DNA of 64,000 nt from Octopus sinensis (taxonomy: Eukaryota). How positions within the stretch are numbered: position 1 is the first letter of the stretch; each line of letters starts with the position of its first letter. Under the pieces are notes generated by a model, which did no database searches, had not been told where the DNA came from, and was given only the letters and a program-made list of their open reading frames with translations. The DNA lies in assembly GCF_006345805.1 (NCBI RefSeq), contig NC_043019.1, forward strand, positions 19,777,360 through 19,841,359. The letters are read 5' to 3'. This document shows positions 40,596 through 53,987 of the stretch, in pieces. The translations under genes and the position numbers were made by a program.

Positions 40596-41669
40596 CTCCC
40601 TCTTTGATTCTCCCTCCTTTCTCTCTCCCTTTCCCACTCTCTTACTCTTCCTTCTCTCTCGGACTCTCCTCTCGTCGCTTTCTCTTACTCTTATCTTTAT
40701 CTATCTATCTCCCATTTATAAAACAACAAAGATCTTGAGTAAGTTGAGAAGAAAGTAGTTTGAAAGATCATCATCAATATCAGGCAGTGACAACGGAAAG
40801 GTCTGCTTCAAGGCAGACAGCATAACACTAACATTTAAAAGGGACAGACGAACTTGCGAGCTGAATAAATTTAAAAAATATTGAAACCAAAGTTTGAAAG
40901 GATAGAATCTGAGGATAGTAGAGTCACCATGGCTGGCATTTCTTACGACGGACAGTAACATAGTGGCAGTTTAACGGCTGGCGTAAAATTTTTGAACTTG
41001 ATGTAAAAGAAAATTCCTAAACACCAAGCTTTGAGGTGATTCTTTCTCACGACAGTAGACTCACCATGGCAAACATTCAAAACTTCTTCATCATGGACGG
41101 CAACACATTGACGATTAAAAGGCTGGCGCAAATTTTTTAGCTTGATGTAGCAGAGATTCCTAACACCCGCTCCTGTAAATTTTAATCCCCTTCAAGCCCC
41201 ATTTAGACCTCTTTTCACATTTTGGTTAATATACCCGATTTCATTCGGGTCTACTCGGGTCAACATTTTATAAGATGAGGAATTTTGTCCTAGACGTCAC
41301 GCCTTTCATTTGAGGAAAAAAATAGTTGTCATGCAAACTCGCCAGTACTTTTAACATAGGTGTGCATATTTTCAGCACAACCGACCACATAATGCACACA
41401 ATATATATATATTCTCTTTCCTCCCTTCCCATCACTTTCTATCTATAACGTCGTTTAACAGCGTCTAACTCCCATTCTCTTTCTCTTTATAACGTCGTCA
41501 AACAGCGTTCTATATCTCCCCCTCCCCGCCTTAGACAGCGCTTTCACTCTCTCTCTCCTCTCTCTCTCCCTCTACGTCTGTCTGCATTCATAGACAGAAT
41601 TAGCATCGCCACCACAACAACACAATCATGAGAACAAATAGTATGAATCAGATATTTATTGGGTTAATT

Positions 41670-41717
<48 letters not shown>

Positions 41718-42004
41718 ATATATAAATATGTATATTTAACTTTTTAATACTTTTTGATAGTTATATATATATATTTTTAAAATTATAAATATAAATTAAT
41801 AATTTTTAATTTAAAATTTAAATAATTAAATTTTAAATTTTAATATTTTTATATTTTTGTATATTATATTTTTATTTTTATTTTTGGTTTATGTTTTTCA
41901 CTGTTTCATTTGCCTATGACTAGGGTTTTATTTCTATAATTAAATATATATAAATATATATATATATATATATTAATATGTAGACATTTGTGTATATAAT
42001 GTGC

Positions 42005-42035
<31 letters not shown>

Positions 42036-43028
42036 GATGTATATATATATAATATATAGATATATATAATATATATATTTAAATATATTATACGCATATA
42101 TACTATATATAGGTGTGTGTGTGTGTCTAGGCGATTATATATAAACATAAATTACAAATATATATATACATTATATATATATATAATATAAATATATTAT
42201 AATTTAAAGTACTATATAATAAAACACTAATAAAAAATAAGTAAATTAAAATAAAACCACTAATAGGCAAAGGAAACAGTGAAAACCATAAACAAAACAA
42301 ATAAAATAAAATAAAAATATACAAAATATATAAAATATAAATTTAAAAATTTAAATTATTTAAATTTTAAATTAAAATTATTAATTTATATTTATAATTT
42401 TAAAAATATATATATATAACTATCAAAAAGTATTAAAAGTTAAATATACAATATTTATATATAGAAAAACACCACACACACCACCACACACACCACACAC
42501 ACACACATATAAATTAACCCAATAAATATCTGATTCACTACTATTTGTTCTCATGATTGTGTTGTTGTGGGTGGCGATGCTAATTCTGTCTATGAATCAG
42601 ACAGACAGATAGATAGAGGGAGAGAGAGAGAGAGAGGAGAGAGTGAAAGCGCTGTCTAAGGCGGGGAGGGGGAGATATAGAACGCTGTTTGACGACGTTA
42701 TAAAGAGAAAGAGAATGGGAGTTAGACGCTGTTAAACGACGTTATAGATAGAAAGTGATGGGAAGGGAGGAAAGAGAATGAGTGACGGAGGAAGACAGAT
42801 ACATAAAAGAATGAGAGTAGACTTGTCAAAGTGAGTTTTTGGCCCTAGCAACGACAGCTTTTAAGATAGGAATTTCTAACGTAGATCACTGGCATCCTCA
42901 CCTCATTTTACATGTCCCTATAAATTTTGGAGTCAATCCGACGGGATCTAGTGGCCTTTAACCCGTTCTCAATGCCAAAACCAGACAAACAAACAAACTT
43001 TTCGCATTTCAGAATTATAATATAGAGA
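39186..43028 (-). mobile_element. Non-autonomous Helitron spanning the assembly gap
   Basis: CTAG at 39186 with a degenerate hairpin; 5' TCTCTATATTATAATTCTG at 43028. The internal structure is inflated by duplications. Confidence 0.75.
40445..40544. other. Assembly gap (100 N)
   Basis: Run of N. Confidence 1.
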
Positions 43029-43561
43029 TTATAACTGTATAACTGTATATATATTTTTTTAGCATGTTTATAACTATATAACTGTATATATATTTAGCAT
43101 GTTTATAACTGTATAACTGTATATATATATATATATATATTATAACTGTATATATATATTTAGCATGTTTATAACTATATAGCGAAGCGATACACGTTGA
43201 GTGCATTCGCTTTACTCACAGTTCATACTGTCTACCAAATGCGCTTAACAAAATAGTACTAATCATAGAGATACATACGTATACCTGCACATAAACATAT
43301 ACATGAGCATATAACATCCATCTTCTAAAAGAAAAAAAATATCTTTTGGCAATTACAAAAAAATTGCGGTGAGTCAATGGGCAGACAAAAACAAAATGCA
43401 ACTAAACGAGGGAAAATTTGAGCTGATGCATTCTGGGAAAAAGACTCTGCTAAAACAACCACACTTTCTTCCTTAATATATATAGCTAACATATATGTAT
43501 ACCATATAATATATATATCATATATGTAACATATATATACATGTAACATATATATACATGT

Positions 43562-43627
<66 letters not shown>

Positions 43628-43629
<2 letters not shown>

Positions 43630-44020
43630 GGCGCACGAGTGGCTGTGTGGTTAGTAGCTTGCTTACCAACCACATGGTCCCGGGTTCAGTCATGTGGGAC
43701 TTTGGGCAAGTGTCTTCTACTATAACTTCGGGCTGACCAAAGCCTCTTGAGTGGATTTGGTAGACGAAAACTGGAAGAAGCCCGTCCTATATGTAATTAT
43801 ATTTATATGTGTATGTGTATATATATTTGTCTGTTTGTCCTCCCAACATCGCCAGACAACCGATGCTGATGTGTTTATGTCCCTGTAAAAGAGACAGATA
43901 GAACAAGTATTAGGCTTACAAAGAATAAGCTCTGAGGTCGATTTGCTTGACTAAAGGCGGTGCTCCAGCATGGCCACAGAAAAATAACTGAAACAAGTAA
44001 AAGAGAGATAAATATAACAG
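43628..44020 (+). mobile_element. tRNA-derived SINE family B
   Basis: GGCGCACGAGTGGCTGTGTGGTTAGTAGC...CGGGTTCAGTC...TGAAACAAGTAAAAGAG. Confidence 0.9.
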
Positions 44021-44056
44021 CCATATAATATATATATATAATATATATTATATATA

Positions 44057-44465
44057 TAGGCGCAGGAGCGGCTGTGTGGTAAGTAGCTTGTTTACCAACC
44101 ACATGGTTCCGGGTTCAGTCCCACTGTGTGGCACCTTGGGCAAGTGTCTTCTACTATAGCCTCGGGCCGACCAAAGCCTTGTGAGTGGATTTGGTAGATG
44201 GAAACTGAAAGAAGCCCGTCGTATATATGTATATATATATATGTGTGTGTGTGTGCGTGTATGTTTGTGTTTGTCCCCCAAGCATTGCTTGACAACCGAT
44301 GCTGGTGTGTTTATGTCCCCATCACTTAGCGGTTCGGCAAAGGAGACCGATAGAATAAGTACTGGGCTTGCAATGAATAAGTCCCGGGGTCGAGTTGCTC
44401 GATTAGAGGTGGTGCTCCAGCATGGCCGCAGTCAAATGACTGAAACAAGTAAAAGAGAGTAAAAG
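44057..44465 (+). mobile_element. tRNA-derived SINE family B, full length
   Basis: A-box-like GGCTGTGTGGTAAG, B-box GGGTTCAGTCC, internal (TA/TG)n and the tail ACAAGTAAAAGAG. Both flanks are TA-rich. Confidence 0.92.
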
Positions 44466-44668
44466 AAAAGAGAGTATATATATATATATAACATACATAA
44501 TATATATATAACATATAATATATAATATATATATAAAATATATATAATATATATAGCATATAATATATATATAATATATATAACATATAATATATAACTC
44601 ATATATAATATATATATAACATATATATAATTTATATATAACATAACATATATGTAATATATATATAA

Positions 44669-47600
44669 CTAGCAGAATTGCCCGGCGTTGCTCGGGGCTG
44701 AATTGCTTGAAAGTACTGTTAATGATTGCACTGAATTATGATGATTATTCAGGCAAATATTGATATAAGTTTACGGCGAATGAATGTATTTGTAAGTGTA
44801 TAGAAAGCCGTGTAAAGGGGTTCCTACCCCCTCGTAGAATGGTGTAAGAATTGAATGCGAGGTTGCCTTGAAAAGAGCCATGTTATTGTTCTCATAATTG
44901 TAAGAATTTGATAGTCGTGGAAGGCGATGTAAAACGTTCGCAGGTGAATAGGGTCTCTTCGTTTTCCACGAACGGCAGCGGATGTGCTGTTACAAAACTT
45001 CATGCTGTGTTAAAAGAGAGTGGATGCCCTATGTAGGCAAGAGGGGAATGAAGCATGGGTAAAAGTGTGTCAAGTTGGCAAAGCCTAAAGAAACCGGTCA
45101 AAGTTGTTTGTTTTGGATTTGCCGCCAATTCAGCTGCAGTCTGTTCAGTAAAGTAAGTTCGCTGGCCATTTTCCAAATGAACCGCTTGCTGTATGATGGC
45201 GGGGTGCCTTTGGTGAAGTGGAAACCCGAATATCCGCCAAAAAGCTTCACCACTGCTTATGTACCGACCTGCCAAGTACTGTGACACCGCGTCCATGCTA
45301 TTGTCCTTTTGAAGGCCAAACATGGCAGCGTCAGAACCATTGTTAACATATTTACATATATACTTTATAGACTTGACTGAATGACAGAACTCCACATTTA
45401 TGTGAGCGTTAAAAGTTTTCATCAGAAATGGACAGTACGGCACTACCCACCTATTATCCACTTGATGACCCCGTAACGTCATAGTGAATCCACCATTGTC
45501 AGGGTGCCTTCTTCTGTACAGTGGGTATCCGTCGAGGCCGGTCTGGGTCTCGTCCACGAACCTCTTTGGGTACCGTTTAGTGCACACGTGGTCTTTGTGG
45601 CATGAGGAGAACTTTTGAAAACCAGGACCGCACGGACCGTGTACCATGTGTGCCTTCACAATGTCGTACAGCTGCCGGTCAGCAGTTGGGTCCGGAATTT
45701 CTGCTGCAATGAGATCATCAAGAACTGTTGGGTCTATTTTGTTGACCAACCAAAGCAAAATGTGCGCGTGTGGCAACTCTCTTTTCTGCCACTCAACAGT
45801 ATAAATGTGGCAGTTAACAGGCCCAAAAACCTGCCCTTTTTTATTAAATGAATGAGCATAGCCAGTTTCTGCCTGAAAACCCTTGCAATAATATCATGGC
45901 GATGACAGTACTGCTGCCCTGGGAGAAGTTCTCGCGTTACTCCAACCCACTTTGGGTTACATGTAAAGGTAATGAATAAATCGGGTCGCCCATAATGCCG
46001 AAAGTAAGTCATAGCGTCTTGTGTTCGCTCGTGCATGTACCGTGGGCCCCCTGTATAAGTTGAGGGGAGAATGCACATTTTGCCGATATTGCGGGCGTCA
46101 GTGTCATTCCTGATGCCATCACGCAAATGGATGTAGGAGTCTGAGCGCAGCTGCTTCTGATTCAGTTTGATGAAGCACAGTCTCTCGGACTCCATCTTTG
46201 CAGCCATGTCAACTGCAAACTGGTGAAACAGTTCCCGTGATCTGTGCAGGGGGTTGAAATCATTATGCCTTGTCATGAAGTGGTATGAGTAAAAAGCCAT
46301 ACATGAAACGGTTTTAGATGTCGCAGCCGAGGGCTCGTTTGGTTTGTGGTGAGGAATGCCGAAATGGTACCCGGCTTCTCCATACGGAAAAAGAAGGGGA
46401 TACTGCAGGGCATCATATGACCGATGCGTCTCATTAATACGCTGAAGACCACTGTCGCGGCTTTGAAGAACTATGTCTCGCTGCTTGTGCTGTTCACCAT
46501 GGAGAACTATGGCCACTTCATTGCACGAAGGAGCGTTATATCGGCGCGCGTGCGCCCCAGAAGGCCTTTCGTCAGCATCGATGACAATGGTGAATGTTGG
46601 TGAAGGGGCTGTTTCCAAGGCGTATTTGAAACTGCGAATGTAGCTGTTGTGGTCATGAAGCATGTTTTGCAGACTGAGCAGCACGTCCCTGTCGAAATTG
46701 TCAGCGTCAATGTTTGCAGGTTGTGGAATTACGCCGAAACGCAAATCAAGTTGCCTATTGTAATTTGTAATGAAATAAATTTGAAGGAACGAAGGTTTGC
46801 AATTTTGTAGTGGCTGGAGTGACCCAATAAGTTGGTACACCTTGCCCTGGACCTTGAAAGTAGGCATCCAACCAGTTTCTCTGACAACGTTAGCCCTGAA
46901 AGAAGTCATCTGAAATGCACAATTGTACTTCCTGATGAGTTGAAGGAATTTTGATGACCTTGAGGTGGAACCAGTAAGTAATTCCTTCAAAGGGTCTGGC
47001 AGCTCCCGAAGAGGGGGCAAGCTGACCTTACCGTTTAAGCAGCACATTGCAGGTGGTTCCCCAGCCCACTTTTTAGCATTGCAGAATTGGCAATTGAAGC
47101 ACATTTCCCCAATATTTATGTCAGCGTGCATCGAGTAATTGAAGTTGGGCTCATACTTGAAAGCCCGTAGATGCCAGTAAGGGCTGTTTGGACTCGTCAG
47201 ACCACGGGTAGCCTCGCGGCGTCGACTGTTCCGCTGGAATATAGAACGTTGCTGGTCTGAGTCGTGGGAATGTGTCGAAAATGTTGAAGCAGCATTAGCC
47301 GCAGCGTTTGTAGCCAGTCGAGTGGCCCTTTGTTGTGGGTCCTCTGAAGCCCTTTGTGCAGCAACAGCAGAAGCCTTTATGGCCATGCGCTTCGACCTTG
47401 TTTCCGGACCCTCTGAAGCCCTGGAAGCAGCATCGTATGAAGCCATTTTTGCTCGGCATGCGTTGCGCTGTTGTAAATTTTCAGCAGCTCGTGATTGCGC
47501 TGAACGTAAGGTGCTCTGTGAAAGTCTGAAAGCGTTTTTGTCGGAAGACTCGTTTGCAATAATCGCCTTTTGCGCCACTGCTGCTGCAGTATGGCGGCCG

Positions 47601-48397
47601 AGGCGACTTCTCTTTTTCGGTGGCATTTTATGTGAAAAAGAAAGGGTGAAAGTTATTTAAAGATAGAAATTGTAATGTGAATGAAATGTGGAAAAATGTT
47701 AACCGTGGAAGGAAAAGAAATAAATATTTGCAGCTGAAAGAAATTTTTTATGCAAGTATAGCGAAAGAGTGTGTAAAGTGTATTGAAACTTGAGTTAAAA
47801 GCAAGAAAATAAAGTGAGATTTGTAAGAATGAAAGTAGTTTACGTACATGTTCCAAATGGCAAGTGTTTTAGTTGTTTAATGAAATATTTGTGTAAAGTG
47901 TCTAGAAACATAAATTGAAAAAGAAAATGAAGTGAAATTTTTAAGAAAGGAATTTGTTTACATACATGTGTCAAATGGCAAATGTTTGTGCAGTTGTCCG
48001 AAATGGAACCAGGGTAAATGTGTGGAACTGATGTATTATAATGAATAGTCCATCTCGTTCAGGGTACATTTGTGGTGTGTCATGGTGTGTGTTAAGTACG
48101 GTATATATAATGTGTTGCAGCTATAAAATTTACATGCCACGTGATTACAATAGTCAAACAGTAATAATAATAACAACAAACCATTTTAATTTATCCCCAT
48201 TTATGTGAAACCACTTATTCAAGTTCAAGTCATTGATGCAATTTTATACGAATTGCTAATACACACACACATAATAAGGGTGAAAAATTGAATATTAATT
48301 TGATTAATATGAATTGAAAACGAGTGGTGTAGCATATAAGACCATAGCGGATCTTCTTCTAGCAAAAAGGATGACCAGTATGAATGGCTCATCCCTG

Positions 48398-48442
<45 letters not shown>

Positions 48443-49045
48443 AGCTTACAATTTTCTTTCAACAATTGACACTGTCATATATGTATATGTTTGCGTGTCT
48501 ATGTGTGTAAATAGGAAGTGGGAGTAATAGGCAGAGTAAAGCCTTTGAAGTGATAGAGGGAAATCGTAAAATATTGAGTTTTCTCGAATTTTTGCTTAAT
48601 TGGGGGTCAAATTGAAAGAAATTTGTATGCCATGACCGAATGGAATGTACTTGGAAAAATCATAGGTAAACTCTAATTGAAGAAATTGTGTGAGGAGTAA
48701 ATCGTTATGTATTTATTTGTTTCTGTTTGCTCTGTATTTTTTTTAAGATATAAATACTTTCACTTTAATTGTTGCACACTTGCAAAGAGAAAGGAGGAGA
48801 AAGTGTAGTGGTAATGGTAGGAGTGAAGCACTTGAAATGAAAGAGGGAAATCGTAAAATATTGAGTTGTCTCGAATTTTTGCTTAATTGGGGGTGAAATT
48901 GAAAAAACTTTACATGCCATGACCCAATGGAATCTACTTGGAAAAATGATAGGTAAATTCCAATTGAGGAAATTCTATATTGTAGAATTGTATAAAAAAC
49001 GAACAGTTTGGGAGGCAGAGAAAATCTGTCTTTTATCATAAGAGA
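44669..49045 (-). mobile_element. Helitron (second family), helicase deleted
   Basis: 5' TCTCTTATGATAAAAG at 49045; 3' hairpin CCCG-N8-CGGG and CTAG at 44669. Both flanks are TA-rich. A direct repeat of about 150 bp lies at 48530 and 48830. Confidence 0.9.
45060..47626 (-). pseudogene. Helitron Rep N-terminal region and HUH nuclease, one frameshift, truncated before the helicase
   Basis: CQFCNAKKWAGE...CCLNGKV, YDALQYPLLFP, YGRPDLFITFTCNPKW, PHAHILLWL (HUH), HINVEFC and YICKYVN. Confidence 0.95.
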
Positions 49046-49142
49046 TATATAATATATATATATATATAACATATATATAGCATACATATAATATATATAT
49101 AATATATATATATATACACATCATATATATAATATATATTAT

Positions 49143-49800
49143 TGGTTGGCATCCTTTTTGTCTCGGGAGACAATGGAGTTGCGCATAAAGTAGTCTAGTC
49201 CGGCTTTTACATTTCATGTCCTGATACATTTCCTATTGTGGCTGTGTAGTCCTATCCTGGACAAACACTTGCTCTGGCAGGTACCGCAAATGTAGCGAAG
49301 ACTGTTCCTGGCTGGTTGTAATGCCATAGTTTCTTGTTGACGTCTTTTCTTGTCTTTCCATTTTCCTCTCTCTGTCACTCCTTTGTATTCCCTCTTTTAC
49401 GGTACGTCGCCAGTCTCCACGGTTGCAACTGCCTCCCAACCGCTAATATTGATGTTGCAGGCCTTCATGTCCCTTTTGCAAACATCCTTGTAACGTAAGA
49501 GCGGTCTACCCACAGATCTAGTACCCCTAGCAAGCTCTCCGTAGAGTATGTCCAAGACCAAGAAAATGAAGATCTACCAGGCATGTGTACTCAGCACTCT
49601 CCTGTATGGAAGTGAGACTTGGACGCTATACACACGCCAAGAGCGTCACCTAAACATCTTTCACCTGCACTGCCTCCGGAAAATCCTCCGCATCAGATGG
49701 CAGAACCATATCCCCAACAAAGATGTCCTCAGGCAAGCAGGAATATCAAGCATGTTTGCACTCCTCACACAAAGACGTATGAGATGTCTTGGGCATGTTA
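49143..49800 (-). mobile_element. RTE-BovB-like LINE 3' fragment with an inverted 5' segment
   Basis: Minus 49547-49143 reads LYGEL..G.R.VGRPLLRYKDVCKRDMK...SRIGLHSH plus the 3' end. Plus 49548-49800 reads KIYQACVLSTLLYGSETWT...RRMRCLGHV. Confidence 0.9.
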
Positions 49801-49859
49801 TATTATATATATATATATATATATATAATTATATATTATATATATATATATATATATAT

Positions 49860-50440
49860 GCGCTGACGGAGATAATCCGAACAACTTAATATTAAGTTGA
49901 AAAACTGTAACATTCAATGTGGAACATATGTATGTTTATTGATTAATATTATTTATATTATTATGTATATGTATATATATATGTATAGGAGTATGAGTGT
50001 ATGCACTCATATGTATATGATTTATTATGGGTATGTACCCACACCTATATAAGTGTATATGTAATCTGATTTGTATCACATAATCTCCGAAGAGGCCTTA
50101 GGAGATTTTTGTAAATGTCTCATTTATAACTACATATTGACCTACCATAAATGGCTAATATAAGTAAAATGAGACATACTTATCTGCATGGGCGAAACAG
50201 CTGTAAGATATAGTTTATATTTATATTTATATTTATTTATATTTATATTCTCTTATACATATTGTACTTATTGTATCACGTTACTCCTTTATGTACACTC
50301 CTTTATGTACACTGTTTTGTTCTATATTATTATGTTTGACCTTAAAGTTTCTTATGTGGTGGTTTAATAAAGAATATGATTGGGTATTATCTGGTAATTG
50401 ATATTTGATTTGGATGTATGTCTCTATTTTCTTATTTTGG
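49860..50440 (+). mobile_element. Probable PLE terminal-repeat relic between TA tracts
   Basis: It contains a hammerhead-like motif and an AT-rich tail ending in (TA)n. There is no clear ORF. Confidence 0.5.
50083..50209 (+). ncRNA. Hammerhead-like motif with CCGAAGA core and extended stem II
   Basis: ATCT CCGAAGA G...C GAAACAGCTGTA AGAT. An internal 11-bp stem is ATGTCTCATTT/AAATGAGACAT and stem III is the palindrome ACAGCTGT. Confidence 0.6.
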
Positions 50441-50476
50441 TATTATATAACATATATATATATATTATATATATAT

Positions 50477-50518
<42 letters not shown>

Positions 50519-50646
50519 ACATAATAATATATAGCATATATATATAATAATATATATATATTATATAATATATATATATATGTTATATAATATATATATA
50601 TAATATATATAATATATATATATATATTATATAATATATATTATAT

Positions 50647-50757
<111 letters not shown>

Positions 50758-50842
50758 ATATATATATTATATATTATATTTTAAAGGTGTAACGTTTATA
50801 CTAGTTTTGACAGAATTGTCATATCGGTTCTATTTTAACAAA

Positions 50843-50880
50843 CTGTCCGACGAACGGGAACATGAAACTCCGAGTAACAG
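50843..50880 (+). ncRNA. Minimal hammerhead-like motif with CCGACGA core
   Basis: CTGT CCGACGA ACG-GGAA-CAT GAAACTCCGAGTA ACAG. Stem II has one mismatch. Confidence 0.55.
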
Positions 50881-51039
50881 GTTTTGTTGAATTTCTGCTG
50901 CTTTTAAATAAAGCATATTACTCTATACCTGGTATTAAAGTACTCTTTTTTTCCACCTTGTTTCACATTTATGTGTTACTCCGGTATATTATATATATAT
51001 ATATCAAAATCGAAGAATCAAATCAAATCGAAATCGATC

Positions 51040-51428
51040 CACATCAATGGAATTTGTAGTTTGTGGTACCAGTGCCGGTGGCACATAAGAGTGAGTACCG
51101 TAGTGAGTACCGCATCGACTGGCCTCCGTGCTGGTGGCACGTAACAAACACCATCCGATCGTGGCCGTGCCAGCCCTGCCTGGCTCCGTGCCGGTGGCAC
51201 GTAAAAAACATCATCTGAGCGTGGCCGTTTGCCAGCCTCGTCTGGCACCTGTGTCGGTGGCACATAAAAAGCACCCACTACACTCACGGAGTAGTTGGTG
51301 TTAGGAAGGGCATCCAGCCGTAGAAACATTGCCAGATCAGACTGGGCCTGGTGCAGCCTTCGGGCTTCCCAGACCCCAGTTAAACCGTCCAACCCATGCT
51401 AGCATGGAAAGCGGACGTTAAACGATGA

Positions 51429-51432
<4 letters not shown>
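51040..51432 (+). mobile_element. RTE-tailed SINE-like repeat (family C)
   Basis: GGTGGCACGTAA repeats and the tail GCGGACGTTAAACGATGATGAT. Confidence 0.88.
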
Positions 51433-51465
<33 letters not shown>

Positions 51466-51529
51466 TAGATACATGCATATATCTATATCTATATATCTAT
51501 CTATCTATCTATATATATATATAATATAC

Positions 51530-51573
<44 letters not shown>

Positions 51574-51627
51574 TAGATATAGATATATGTATATATATAT
51601 ATATATACATATATACACACACACACA

Positions 51628-51712
51628 CAACACCGCAGCTCAGTCCAGAATCGAACTCACAACTTCACGATCGTCAGCTCGACGCTCCAATCACTGAGCC
51701 ATGCGTGCCTTC
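51628..51712 (-). mobile_element. tRNA-derived SINE head (third head type)
   Basis: Minus strand GGCACGCATGGCTCAGTGATTGG (A box) ... GAGTTCGATTC (B box). There is no CCA end or clean acceptor stem, so I call it a SINE and not a tRNA gene. Confidence 0.7.
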
Positions 51713-51729
51713 ATATAGTATATATAATA

Positions 51730-51828
<99 letters not shown>

Positions 51829-51829
51829 T

Positions 51830-51878
<49 letters not shown>

Positions 51879-52509
51879 TACACCGGAGTAAGCACATAAA
51901 TGTGAAACAAGGTGGGAAAAAGGGTACACAAATACAAGAGGTAGAGCAATGTGCTTTATTTAAATAGAGTAATATATATATATATAACACTACAGTAGCA
52001 TCCACCCTTAGGGGTTAGCCATATTGAAATGGCAAATATACGTCACTATATATATATATATATATACATACACACACACACACACATGTATGTATGTACT
52101 TATGTACATGCATGCTTGAAAATAAACTAAAATGATTGAAAACACTTCTTAGAGATTCCTCACCAGTAAGAGGAAATATTTAAAAAATAATTAAAATCAA
52201 GCATAATCAATTTATTCTTACCCTTAAAATTCTTCTTGCCATTCTCTTTACTAAATATTGAATTTCGATTGAATATTTTCCAATGCAAATTTCTTAAATG
52301 TCATAACGTGTACGTTTTTAAAATCCAGTGTGAGAGACAGCTAAGTTCATACGTAAAACTTTTTGTTAAAAATGATTTCGTGAGTTAAGTTAACGTGTTT
52401 TCCGGATTCCAAGAATTATAACTGGAAACGAGATGAATATTTAATTATATTTAAAGAGTTGTAGAAGATATGAGGAGTGTAAGGACAGCATTGTTTCAGT
52501 GAAGTGTCT

Positions 52510-52990
52510 GTATGGTTATTTAGTTTGTAAGTATGTGTGTGTGTGTGTGTGCGCGCGAGCATGCATGTGTGCATGCGTGTGTGTGTGTGAGTCTGTGTGT
52601 ATGTGTGTATGTATGTGTATATCCTCATGTGCATGTGTGAATATGTGTATGTGTGTGTGTGCGTGCGTGCATGTATGTGCATACATGTGAATGTGTGTGT
52701 GTGTGTGTGTATGACTGCTTCCGTATATGTGTATGCATGTGAATGTGTTTGTCTGTTTGCATGTGTATGTATGCATGTGTGTGTTTGTATTTCTATAAGT
52801 GTATGTGTCTGCTTGTATGTATGTGTTCGTATTTGAATATGTGTGTGTGTGTGAGAGAGAGAGAAGAGTATGTATGAAACTACATAATGTAAATGAAATG
52901 ATATGTGAAGACAAAATTTGAATACTTAAGTGCTCATACACATACACACACTTGTGATTTTTATGTGTATATATACATTCATACATATAT
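52510..52990. repeat. (TG)/(TA)-rich low-complexity tract
   Basis: Imperfect GT/AT dinucleotide runs. Confidence 0.9.
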
Positions 52991-53096
52991 ATACAAATGA
53001 TGATGATCATGATAATGATGATATATGTTTTTATATTTCTTTATTTTGCTTAGGCATAGTGATACGAATATCCTGAATATGATATATTATACATGC

Positions 53097-53143
<47 letters not shown>

Positions 53144-53154
53144 AATACATATAC

Positions 53155-53201
<47 letters not shown>

Positions 53202-53290
53202 ATATATATATATATATATATAATATAATATATAATATTATTGGTGAATTGAAGAAATGGAGCTGAACGAAGATTGAACAGAAATCGTTT

Positions 53291-53383
53291 TATTTCATTC
53301 TACACGTGTTTCGAAAGGCACAATTTACCAAAATCCGATTGAATAATGAGACCATATTGTGTCTTTCTCTTCAGGAAGAAATA
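53291..53383 (-). ncRNA. Type I hammerhead ribozyme (inverted PLE copy)
   Basis: Reverse complement of the 57603-57695 motif. Confidence 0.88.
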
Positions 53384-53987
53384 GGAAATCCGTTGGAAAA
53401 ACAAAAACAGAACAGAGGCGGAGCAAAACAAATCGAACTAGGCTCCCAAGAGCCCATGGCAAAACTGTTTATCAGTGTATGTTGAGAACCGGTGGTTGAA
53501 GATTTTAACGGGTCAGGCAGCGGTCATTCATGTGGGTGAGGGTGTGTAGATGTTCTTTGTGACCGAGAATAAAGTTCTGACTATTTAAGGAATATTGGAT
53601 GTTTTATAAGGGGCGAGAAAAAATCTACTTAGAGACATGTGTGTGTTTACTGTTCTATATATGTGTGTGCTGGCGCAGGTTGGCAAGACCTCCGTCAAGG
53701 GGTAGAAAACATTTTTTGTTTACGTGTGTGCGTTTGATCGCTCGGCTGTCAGTGGTTAAGCCGCTCTACACAATGGCTACTGCAGTAAGAACCGTTGGGT
53801 GGCAGAAAAAAATATATTGTTTTATGTGTGCGTGTGTTCGTCTGAACCTGCCTTGTCAAGGTAAACCCCCGTCGTCAAAAAACAAAGCCCCGTTTATCTT
53901 ACAGGAGTAATTCCCCTTGCAGTGGTTAATCGTAATTATCTTAAAGGCTATTTCAGAATTTGTTACCAAGGGCTATGGGTGCAGGTA

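Noticed and set aside
39543-41444. Direct duplication of about 900 bp (39543-40444 and 40545-41444)
   Set aside because: The copies sit exactly on either side of the 100-N gap and differ mostly by small indels, so this is an unmerged contig overlap.
51628-51712. Functional tRNA gene
   Set aside because: A and B boxes are present but there is no consistent cloverleaf or acceptor stem; it is a SINE head.
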